From: a virus
Lineage: Duplodnaviria; Heunggongvirae; Uroviricota; Caudoviricetes
Length of the DNA stretch: 48,484 nt
Strand: one strand, 5' to 3'
Virus record (IMG/VR): IMGVR_UViG_2737471860_000008
Span: 1 to 48,484 of that record
Under the pieces are notes generated by a model. The model had not been told where the DNA came from and searched no databases. It saw nothing but the letters and a program-made list of their open reading frames with translations. This document shows positions 39,639-47,551 of this stretch, in pieces; the first letter of the stretch is position 1, and each line of letters starts with the position of its first letter. Position numbers and translations under genes: made by a program.

Positions 39639-40343
39639 ATGCTGGACGATATCATCCGGTCGTATATGTATACGCAATACAACGACGATGACAATCTGCG
39701 GGCGTTTTTTACTGCTTATAACTCGATGGCGCAGGGCATTTATGACTGGATGGTTAATGCCAACCTGCCGATTTTCATCGGTGACTACAACACCGGAGAC
39801 CAGCTCCGGTGGATTGCCCATGGCATCTATGGCGTTTTGCCGCCGGTGATTTCCAGCAGCGATCAGCAGGAGATAGGCCCATATAACACCTTCGAATTTA
39901 ACCAACTGGCATTCAATGAGTACCGGGTGATTGACCAGTCGAACCAGGTTGTTGTCTCCGATGACCTTTTTAAGCGGATCATGACCTGGAATTTTTATAA
40001 AGGTGACGGCTTCTATTTCTCTATCCCATGGATAAAACGGCGTATTCTGCGGTTCCTGTTGGGAGTGAATGGCACAGACATCCTCAACGACCAGCGATGG
40101 AGTATCTCGATCCAGTTTGTGGATGGCGGTATCGTGATTTCCATCTATAAGGGGCGCCGCAGGTTCACGCGGAGCGCTATCTACAACGCATCGGCCTATA
40201 ACTCCAGGAAGTACAACCAGAAGGACACGGCTTTTGTGATCACCGAGGATTTCGAGTTCGCCATTTTTTTCAAGCAGGCCATGGATAGCGGCCTGCTTCA
40301 CATGCCGTTCTATCAGTCCATTTCGGTGGAAATTATTGATTGA
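39639..40343 (+). CDS. Baseplate/tail-fibre-attachment protein (gpI-like), 234 aa
   Basis: Position between J-like protein and fibre genes. Confidence 0.45.
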   Translation: MLDDIIRSYMYTQYNDDDNLRAFFTAYNSMAQGIYDWMVNANLPIFIGDYNTGDQLRWIAHGIYGVLPPVISSSDQQEIGPYNTFEFNQLAFNEYRVIDQSNQVVVSDDLFKRIMTWNFYKGDGFYFSIPWIKRRILRFLLGVNGTDILNDQRWSISIQFVDGGIVISIYKGRRRFTRSAIYNASAYNSRKYNQKDTAFVITEDFEFAIFFKQAMDSGLLHMPFYQSISVEIID

Positions 40344-40386
40344 AGCACAATGACTGTGGTGTAGTATTTACCTCATCCACCACAGC

Positions 40387-41079
40387 ATGGTAAAGATTAA
40401 AATGAAAACTTCAATTATGCTTGCTTTTTTATCAGTTTCGTTGTGCGCAGGAAGTTCTTTTGCAGCTTCTTTTGATTGTAATAAATCAAAAAATTTTGCA
40501 GAAAAAACAATTTGTTCTGACAAGAAATTATCAGAAGATGATGAGGTTCTTGCTAAGGTTTATAATCTTGCAAAGAAAGTTGCGCATAATAAAAATGGGT
40601 TCGATAGGCTGACAAAAGATTTATGGGACTCAAGGGATTTGTGCACCGACTACAAATGCATTAATGATTGGTATGATACTGTATTTGTTGCGTATGATTC
40701 TGTTATAAAAACAAATGCAAGCGATGAGGTTTTGAATAATATTCAGAAAAAATATGATGAGTCAATAACGCAGAAGCCAGCAATAAGCAACGGAGCTAAA
40801 AACAAAAAAGAAGCTAAAGATTATAGTTTATACGATTCAAAAGACAGAGCCGCGCCAGTTGAACATAACGCAATATTATACAAAGACACTCCAGAGGCAT
40901 TCGAATTTATAGATACACTTGTTGGGTTTGTCAGACAAAGCTCTTACAAATGTGACTCTGTTAGCTCTTTCATACCCATGGTTTCATCTAATGGATTTAC
41001 GCTCGCATGTAATAAATTCAGCTACAAATATGAAATTAAAAACAACGGCGGAAATGTCTCTGTTTCTGTAGATAATTAA
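40387..41079 (+). CDS. AT-rich moron: secreted DUF1311 (LprI-like lysozyme-inhibitor fold) protein, 230 aa
   Basis: Signal peptide MKTSIMLAFLSVSLCAGSSFA; DUF1311-type motif FDCNKSKNFAEKTICSD..L...D..L...Y; AT-rich versus neighbours; own terminator. Confidence 0.6.
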   Translation: MVKIKMKTSIMLAFLSVSLCAGSSFAASFDCNKSKNFAEKTICSDKKLSEDDEVLAKVYNLAKKVAHNKNGFDRLTKDLWDSRDLCTDYKCINDWYDTVFVAYDSVIKTNASDEVLNNIQKKYDESITQKPAISNGAKNKKEAKDYSLYDSKDRAAPVEHNAILYKDTPEAFEFIDTLVGFVRQSSYKCDSVSSFIPMVSSNGFTLACNKFSYKYEIKNNGGNVSVSVDN

Positions 41080-41130
41080 CTCAAAGCCCACGCCAGTGGG
41101 ATTTCATAAATAACACATTGATAACATCAA

Positions 41131-41153
41131 ACCCGCTTCGGCGGGTTTTTTTA
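41131..41153 (+). terminator. Rho-independent terminator after the moron
   Basis: Hairpin CCCGC-TTCG-GCGGG followed by TTTTTTT. Confidence 0.75.
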
Positions 41154-41174
41154 TGCCTATATCCCGGAGGAGAC

Positions 41175-44087
41175 ATGGCACTAACCCTTTTGGCTACAAA
41201 CAACGCAGAAAGCACGCTGGCTTCTGCTATCAGCGCTACCGACACGTCGCTGATCGTTAGCGCTGGAACTGGTGCCGAGTTCCCTGATGCTGTGGCAGGC
41301 GAAAGCTACTTTAAGCTTACGATCACCGATGCCGCCACCGGCTCTCAGGTTGAGATCGTGAACGTGACAGCCAAGGCTGGTGACATCTTCACGATTGAAC
41401 GTGCGCAGGAAGGAACGCTGGCTCATGCGTGGGCGGCCAACGATATGGTTGCCAACATGATGACGGCGGATACGCTGAACATTATCGCTCAATATGCCCA
41501 GCAGGCAGCTGCATCAGCAGCACAGGCTGAAGAGTATGCAAATAACGCTTCTGACTATGCACAGAATAAGTTCACGTTCTATAAAACCTCAAGCGATCCA
41601 GATGGCACCATTGCAGGTCTGGCAGCGACTACTGACGGCCAGTCTTTCTGGGTAGCCCAGGGTCCGGATGCGCTTTCTGCTGCATGGCAGTATCAAAACA
41701 AAGCAGGCGTGGCCGTATTGCAGGCAAAGCAACCAGGCACAGCGGCTATAACAGGGACAATCCGCGAATTTCCGACGTTGGCTGCGGCGCAGGCTGATGC
41801 AGATGCCGGCAACATTCCTGTCGGGTCAACTGCGTATTACCGCAGCGCTGACGACGCAACTCTTGCGATTGAGGTTGTTAACACCGCAGGAACGCTGCAG
41901 CCTACCGGACGAAAAATGCCATCCGCAATGCCAATGGGTTACCAGTCTGCTACAGCTGTGAGTAGCGGTGCGGCTAATACCATTGCTATCACTATCCCCG
42001 GATTATTAGTGGATGGCAGTTTGATTTATTTCCTGTCTCCTATTTTGAATACGGCGGCTGTTAGCGTTACCGTGACAGATGCCAGGGGGAACTCGGTTAC
42101 TCGGGCAATACAGAAACAAAATAATGCAGCTTTAGTTGGGAATGAGTTGCTTCTCAATCAGCCCGCACTGATGGAATTCCGCACTGGGACTGCTAACAAT
42201 TTTGTCCTTGTGGCATCCGGCCCGGTAGCCGCTGAACTTGCGTCAAGAATTTCCACGCTTGAATTAAATAGCGTAGCGTTATTGTCTGGCGTTGCTAATT
42301 CTGGAGATGCCTATTCCGGCACCGCATCTACAATCCCTGGACTTGTTGCATCTGATCGCGTCTTTCTTTTTACGCCAAGCGCCACCAATACAACCCGTAC
42401 ACCAACTCTTTCCGTTAATGGTGGAACGGCAAGGCAGATTAAGCAAAATAACGGGACCAGCGTCGCTGCTGGAGATTTTGTAGCGGGATACACGTATTTA
42501 ATCAAATTTAATTTTTCATCAGCAGATTTTCGGATGCTGACCTACCCGGCTGACAGAAGTCGCGTACTTAATGGTTATTCAAAGGCAACTGTTACCAGCG
42601 ATGCTACCAGTCCTAACTCGGTAGCATTAACAATTCCCGGGTTACTTGGCGATGGAACTCAGCTTACTTTTGAGCCGGTTGTTGCAAATACCGGTGCTAT
42701 GACTTTGGTCATCACCGATATGTACGGTAACACAGTCACGCGTAACTTATTCAAAGGGGCTAATACTGCGCTAACTGGTGGAGAGCTGCGGGCGGCAATG
42801 CCAGCCACTGTGCAATACCGTGGCTCTCCGCAGAATAACTTTAAGCTGTTGTATGCCGGTGATCCAACCACGGATATACAGTCCCTCTCAAAAGACGTTA
42901 CGACCCTCAAGGGGGCGCTGACAGACCCGTATGCAGCACTGGCCGATAAACTTGTGGGCACCGGAGTGTCAACAGATCAGTCACCGTTCGGTACCATCAC
43001 CTGGTCCGCGGGAGTTAAGACCGTCACAAAGCGCCAGATAATTTGTACGTCTATCGGGTCTTCTGTGGGCGTTGGGGCGGGCTCTACTGGCGGCGGCGTT
43101 GCCGGTGCTCCTTATGCTCCGAACACGCTGTTTGTCAATGCCTTAAAAGAAGAGCTTAAGCAGTATGGTCAGTTCGATATTATTGATGATAACCAGTGCA
43201 TACCGACCCAGGCATTCCAGCAGTTCGCTGCCCAGCTCGCGAATTCGCCTTATTCAACCTCCGACTTTGTTTTGATCGTGGGGGGGATGAATGATGCACC
43301 AGTTGGTAACTACAATATGGGGCGCACATATCCGGGTCAGCAAACGACGCTTGAGGCTCTTGTCGACCTGTGCCTGGCACGTGGCGCTATTCCCATCATC
43401 TGTACGACTCCGCACCATAACGTAGAAATGCCTCAAACTTACCCGACAATACCAGGAGGGCAGCCTTTATTGTGGCCTTATCGCACATATAACGTAGGAC
43501 CGACAACAACTTATGCATTTGACTCTTCTTCAAAGACGATAACGCAAGGGGCGTTCGCAAACCCACTGTATGGGGGTAATATTCTCAAGCCAGGACACAC
43601 ACTGCATGTAGCAAGTGGCGCGAATGCTGGAGATTATACAATTGCGTCTATTTCATCTGACCGAACAGTAATAACAGTTGTAGAACCGATACCATCTACT
43701 ACTTCCTATGCCACCACCATCACGCAAACCAACCTGAACAGCATTATTGAGGACATACTGGAGCCGCCCCCATCCACATCTTTTGTCACAAAGGACTGGA
43801 GCGGAAGCGGCGTGAAAGTTTTGGGCGATGTGAGATTCGAGTCAGTAAACATGATGCAACGTACAGTGGCTCGCCAAAAAAATGCATTTTTGGCCGACTG
43901 TGAAAAGTCGTTCTTTAAATACGGCGTGGAGGTGGGCGGGTACTCGTCGGTATATAACGTCCCGGTTGGGAACTATAACCACATGAACGATAACGGGTAC
44001 ACAGTCACATTCGACTACACACTGAAAGTTGCGGCAAGAAAAATAGCCAATCTTATTTTTGGCGATAAATATTACTCTGCAGCATAA
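41175..44087 (+). CDS. Tail fibre/tailspike, ~970 aa, with SGNH/GDSL-like esterase domain (start moved to MALTLLATNN)
   Basis: GGAGGAG SD before ATG 41175; conserved fibre N-terminal domain; central region with GSS...GGMNDA...PHH blocks resembling SGNH hydrolases. Confidence 0.7.
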   Translation: MALTLLATNNAESTLASAISATDTSLIVSAGTGAEFPDAVAGESYFKLTITDAATGSQVEIVNVTAKAGDIFTIERAQEGTLAHAWAANDMVANMMTADTLNIIAQYAQQAAASAAQAEEYANNASDYAQNKFTFYKTSSDPDGTIAGLAATTDGQSFWVAQGPDALSAAWQYQNKAGVAVLQAKQPGTAAITGTIREFPTLAAAQADADAGNIPVGSTAYYRSADDATLAIEVVNTAGTLQPTGRKMPSAMPMGYQSATAVSSGAANTIAITIPGLLVDGSLIYFLSPILNTAAVSVTVTDARGNSVTRAIQKQNNAALVGNELLLNQPALMEFRTGTANNFVLVASGPVAAELASRISTLELNSVALLSGVANSGDAYSGTASTIPGLVASDRVFLFTPSATNTTRTPTLSVNGGTARQIKQNNGTSVAAGDFVAGYTYLIKFNFSSADFRMLTYPADRSRVLNGYSKATVTSDATSPNSVALTIPGLLGDGTQLTFEPVVANTGAMTLVITDMYGNTVTRNLFKGANTALTGGELRAAMPATVQYRGSPQNNFKLLYAGDPTTDIQSLSKDVTTLKGALTDPYAALADKLVGTGVSTDQSPFGTITWSAGVKTVTKRQIICTSIGSSVGVGAGSTGGGVAGAPYAPNTLFVNALKEELKQYGQFDIIDDNQCIPTQAFQQFAAQLANSPYSTSDFVLIVGGMNDAPVGNYNMGRTYPGQQTTLEALVDLCLARGAIPIICTTPHHNVEMPQTYPTIPGGQPLLWPYRTYNVGPTTTYAFDSSSKTITQGAFANPLYGGNILKPGHTLHVASGANAGDYTIASISSDRTVITVVEPIPSTTSYATTITQTNLNSIIEDILEPPPSTSFVTKDWSGSGVKVLGDVRFESVNMMQRTVARQKNAFLADCEKSFFKYGVEVGGYSSVYNVPVGNYNHMNDNGYTVTFDYTLKVAARKIANLIFGDKYYSAA

Positions 44088-44096
44088 GGAATTATC

Positions 44097-44384
44097 ATGG
44101 CCTTTAAACTATCAGCAGTAAAAACTGTCCAGATTTATTATCTCGGAGGATTTCTGTGTGATAAGGATATCAATATTGACCTTATTTACTCAGTAGAAAG
44201 CGTCAGGCAGGATGATGCAGGTCAAGTTAAAGCCTCAGTCTCCGTTAGATATAATGATGCGGCGAAAGTTAACGCAGGAGAGTATGCGGTAACTCTGGAC
44301 GCATCGTCATCGAAGCCGTGGGCAGAACAGGCTGAACAGCAACTCATGCAAGCTGAAGAGTTTGCTGGGGCTGTTGTCCTGTAA
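44097..44384 (+). CDS. Hypothetical protein downstream of the fibre gene, 95 aa
   Basis: ORF with SD (AAGGAA); function unknown. Confidence 0.4.
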   Translation: MAFKLSAVKTVQIYYLGGFLCDKDINIDLIYSVESVRQDDAGQVKASVSVRYNDAAKVNAGEYAVTLDASSSKPWAEQAEQQLMQAEEFAGAVVL

Positions 44385-44414
44385 GCACAAAAAACCTACG
44401 CAGACTGAACGAGG

Positions 44415-44457
44415 TTGACCTTCCCTCTCAATAAAACTACTGTATATAAAAACAGTG
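44415..44457 (+). promoter_or_regulatory. SOS-type promoter: -35 TTGACC, 17-bp spacer, -10 TACTGT overlapping a LexA box TACTGTATATAAAAACAGTG
   Basis: CTGT-N8-ACAG palindrome at 44440-44455 fits the LexA box consensus TACTG(TA)5CAGTA. Confidence 0.65.
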
Positions 44458-44475
44458 TTTATCGGAGGGCAGATC

Positions 44476-44715
44476 ATGCTTCGACAGTCAGACATCGCCG
44501 CGGCTTTCCGCGAGTCGGTTTTGCGCAGCTCTAAGGGGTTCCAGTACCTTCACACCCGCGACTTTGTTAGCGCGCTGCGCCAGCATGGCATCCACTTTTC
44601 CGAGGTGGAAGCTAACGCCTGGATAGCGCGCGAGCAAACGTATTTCGTCGATAAGACGCCTGACCATAGCGAAAACAGGCTGTGGATGATGGCCAACATG
44701 GGGAGGGTTTTGTAA
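44476..44715 (+). CDS. Hypothetical small protein, first gene of LexA-box operon, ~80 aa
   Basis: GGAGGG SD 6 nt before ATG 44476; stop overlaps next start (TAATG). Confidence 0.55.
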   Translation: MLRQSDIAAAFRESVLRSSKGFQYLHTRDFVSALRQHGIHFSEVEANAWIAREQTYFVDKTPDHSENRLWMMANMGRVL

Positions 44716-45032
44716 TGGGCTTTCCATCACCGGCAACGGACTATACCGAACAGCGGCTGACCGTTAACTCGATCTGTAATGTCGGGCCAAATACTCGCCT
44801 TTACGAAAGGGATGGTGGTTATGTTGTGCTGGATATCTCCCTGAAGCCAAAGCAGGGAAGCCAGCTGCTTATCCATCACGGTGGCGGGACGGAACTTGCC
44901 ACGCTGAGAGGAAAGTCACTGATAACCGATGATGGCGAAGCGATCGAGGGGGATGCTCTGGACGATGTCACTGTCATTGGTGTCGTGACATTTACTATCT
45001 GCGATGTTCGTTCTGATAATTCTATTATTTAA
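44715..45032 (+). CDS. UmuD-prime-like protein (S24-like fold, catalytic Ser apparently absent), ~105 aa
   Basis: Starts MGFPSPATDYTEQR, matching the post-cleavage N-terminus of UmuD (GFPSPAADYVEQR); C-terminal VIGVV block conserved; no GDSM serine motif. Confidence 0.6.
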   Translation: MGFPSPATDYTEQRLTVNSICNVGPNTRLYERDGGYVVLDISLKPKQGSQLLIHHGGGTELATLRGKSLITDDGEAIEGDALDDVTVIGVVTFTICDVRSDNSII

Positions 45033-45043
45033 CTGGGGTATAT

Positions 45044-46075
45044 ATGGCGCTGAAGCTATTAGCCAATAATAACGCAAAGAGTGTGCTCGCTGCGGGTATT
45101 AGCGCGTCCGCTACCGTTATTACCGTGGGTACTGGAGCGGGGTCTTTATTCCCTTCCCCTGTATCTGGGCAGAGCTATTTCAAATTAACGATAACCGACG
45201 CGGCCACGAAAACAATTTCCGAAATTATGCACGTCACGTCTGTATCTGGTGACGTGATGACAGTAATTCGTGGTCAGGAAGGAACTACGGCACGCGTATG
45301 GTCAACGAATGACATTGTCGCGAATTTAATGACCGCCGGGTCATTATTATCTTTCCTGCAGATCAGTAATAACCTGTCAGAAATTAAAGATGCTGGTGAT
45401 GATGCGGTAAATGAAGCCCGTTATAACCTCGGAATATCTGATTCCTCTGGTTTTGTCGGTCGTTCACTTGGCGCTCCAAAAGTTTTCTATGCAAACGGAA
45501 CCTATACGCGATCTCCTCTGGCCCGTTATGCAAAAGTAACGTTGACAGGTGCCGGTGGCGGCGGTGGCGGCTGCCAGGCCTACAACAATACAGAAACCTT
45601 CTCCGGTGCTGGCGGCGGCGCGGGCGCGACCATTATCGTATGGGTTGACCTGTCTGCTGCCAGTTCTTATGCGATTACTGTCGGCAAGGGTGGTAAGGGC
45701 GGAGTTGGCGCAGTAAGTGGTGCAGATGGTGGGGCCACCTCGTTTGCCAGCCTGTTCTCAGCTCCTGGCGGGAAAGGCGGCGTGAAGTCAGGCGTGTCCA
45801 ATACCGCCGGCGGCGCCGGAGGTACGGCGGCGACCGGAGATATCAGGATCAACGGTGGTACCGGCTCAGATGGACAGACAGGCTCAAGCCTTCTGACGGG
45901 CAACGGCGGGGCGTCGTATTTTGGCGGCGGTGGCCGGGCGGGTTCTCAGGCCGGTATTGCTGGCGCAGCTCCCGGATCCGGTGGTGGTGGCGCGTATGAC
46001 CTTGGGTTTACCGGTGCGGCATTTACCGGTGGTGATGGTGCTACTGGCATGGCGATCGTGGAAGAATTCGCGTAA
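45044..46075 (+). CDS. Second tail-fibre protein with Gly-rich C-terminal domain, 343 aa
   Basis: N-terminal ~105 aa paralogous to the N-terminus of the 41175 fibre (…YFKLTITDAAT…QEGT…); C-terminal GGGGxG-rich repeats. Confidence 0.65.
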   Translation: MALKLLANNNAKSVLAAGISASATVITVGTGAGSLFPSPVSGQSYFKLTITDAATKTISEIMHVTSVSGDVMTVIRGQEGTTARVWSTNDIVANLMTAGSLLSFLQISNNLSEIKDAGDDAVNEARYNLGISDSSGFVGRSLGAPKVFYANGTYTRSPLARYAKVTLTGAGGGGGGCQAYNNTETFSGAGGGAGATIIVWVDLSAASSYAITVGKGGKGGVGAVSGADGGATSFASLFSAPGGKGGVKSGVSNTAGGAGGTAATGDIRINGGTGSDGQTGSSLLTGNGGASYFGGGGRAGSQAGIAGAAPGSGGGGAYDLGFTGAAFTGGDGATGMAIVEEFA

Positions 46076-46079
46076 TGGC

Positions 46080-47240
46080 TTACACTCCTGCACGACCATC
46101 GATGTAATCAGCCCACCACTGCATCATTTCTCTGCGCTTATCGAGATACTGAGCATGGTTGTAAATTCCGCGCACAGATCCGCCGTTGGCATGTGCAAGT
46201 TGCACTTCAATAGCATCAGCAGGCCATTCGTGCTCGTTCATAATCGTGCTGAATTCATGCCTGAATCCGTGACCGCTTTCCAGACCCTCATAGCCGATTT
46301 GTTTGATCACAAGCAATACCGCGTTCTCGCAGATTGGCTTCTTCTTATCGTTGCGTCCGGCAAAAACAAACTCTGATACTGGTTTAGTGATGGAGCTTAG
46401 CGTAGTGAGAAGTTCAACCACCTGGTCCGACATCGGGACCACATGAATCTTGCGTCCCTTCATCACGCTGGCGTCGATGGTGATAATCCTGTTTTCAAAA
46501 TCGACGTTCTTCCATAGCATGGAACGAAGCTCTTTCGTTCTTAGGGCTGTGTAGCGTAAAACTTTGGTCGCAATGAGCGATACGATACTTCCTGAAAATG
46601 TTGCCAGTGCTTTGTTGAATGCCGGGATCTGGTCTGCAGGAAGAAACGGGAAGTTCTTCTTGCGGTATCCTTTCATGGCGTCAGCAAGGTCAGGTGCCGG
46701 GTTATATTTAGCCCTGCCGGTGACAATAGCGTAACGGAAAACCTCGCCGCATCTTCTGCGGGCTTTGTTGGCTCGCTCCATTGCACCGCGATCTTCAAAT
46801 CTGCGGATTACTTCCAGTAGTTGCATCGGCTCAATATCCTGAATTTCAAGGCCGCCGATGATAGGTAAAATGTCGTCATCAAACATTTTTGCAAGTTCAT
46901 TTGCATAGCCTACTGACCAGACTTGCTTCTTGTGCTCGTACCATTCCTTGTAAATCGCACTAAATGAATTGTTGTTAGACGAAGCCTTTTTCGCCTTTAC
47001 CGGATCGATGCCAACCGAGATGTCTTTCCTCGAAGTCCATGCCTTATCCCTTGCCTCCTGCAAAGTCATTAGCGGATATTTTCCTACGGTTAGGACTTTC
47101 TCCTTACCGTCAATCTTGTAGCGAAGCTGCCATACCTTTTTCCCGGATACAGGGACATAAAGGTACAGTCCATTACCATCGAGAAGGCGGTATGGTTTTT
47201 CTTTCGGCTTTGCTGCTTCAATCTGCTTAACGGTGAGCAT
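46080..47240 (-). CDS. intS: Tyrosine integrase (IntS/P4-type), ~386 aa (start at MLTVKQ; alternative GTG at 47276)
   Basis: C-terminal catalytic region with R...H..R...Y pattern (HGFRHEF...RGIYNHAQY); adjacent to tRNA; matches my recollection of K-12 IntS. Confidence 0.85.
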   Translation of the reverse strand: MLTVKQIEAAKPKEKPYRLLDGNGLYLYVPVSGKKVWQLRYKIDGKEKVLTVGKYPLMTLQEARDKAWTSRKDISVGIDPVKAKKASSNNNSFSAIYKEWYEHKKQVWSVGYANELAKMFDDDILPIIGGLEIQDIEPMQLLEVIRRFEDRGAMERANKARRRCGEVFRYAIVTGRAKYNPAPDLADAMKGYRKKNFPFLPADQIPAFNKALATFSGSIVSLIATKVLRYTALRTKELRSMLWKNVDFENRIITIDASVMKGRKIHVVPMSDQVVELLTTLSSITKPVSEFVFAGRNDKKKPICENAVLLVIKQIGYEGLESGHGFRHEFSTIMNEHEWPADAIEVQLAHANGGSVRGIYNHAQYLDKRREMMQWWADYIDGRAGV

Positions 47241-47284
47241 GGGTAAAAATCCGGTGGGTAAAATTATTTTATCCACTTTTTACC
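47241..47284. promoter_or_regulatory. Cluster of GGGTAAAA/TTTTACCC repeats upstream of int (putative arm-type sites)
   Basis: GGGTAAAA at 47241-47248 and 47256-47263, TTTTACCC at 47277-47284; same 8-mer twice near attR. Confidence 0.4.
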
Positions 47285-47401
47285 CGTCATGTAGTGCGGC
47301 TGTCAACGATCTGACGCGAACCATGACGAACTGTAAATCTACGGAAGGCTTGATATTCAGGGGATTTTACGGACTGGTACGGATTGGAGCGAACTGATAA
47401 A

Positions 47402-47416
47402 TGGTGTCCCCTGCAG
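47402..47416. repeat. attL core (copy of the 15-bp att repeat, part of argW 3' end)
   Basis: Exact match to 1690-1704. Confidence 0.8.
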
Positions 47417-47476
47417 GAATCGAACCTGCAATTAGCCCTTAGGAGGGGCTCGTTATATCCATTTAACTAAGAGGAC
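47402..47476 (-). tRNA. argW: tRNA-Arg (anticodon CCU), 75 nt
   Basis: Minus-strand sequence GTCCTCTTAGTTAAATGGATATAACGAGCCCCTCCTAAGGGCTAATTGCAGGTTCGATTCCTGCAGGGGACACCA folds as cloverleaf with anticodon CCT. Confidence 0.9.
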
Positions 47477-47551
47477 AATGCGGCATGAGTATACCCGCTA
47501 ATGGACTGCGGGGTAAGTACGCTGCCGCTCGATTGCTTAAACCCTCGCCAT

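Noticed and set aside
39588-40301. 237-aa minus-strand ORF
   Set aside because: Antisense within the gpI-like gene.
41118-41174. N-terminal extension of the tail-fibre ORF (MITSNPLRRVFLCLYPGGD)
   Set aside because: The extension is the translation of the moron terminator hairpin; a GGAGGAG SD precedes the ATG at 41175 and the conserved fibre N-terminus starts there.
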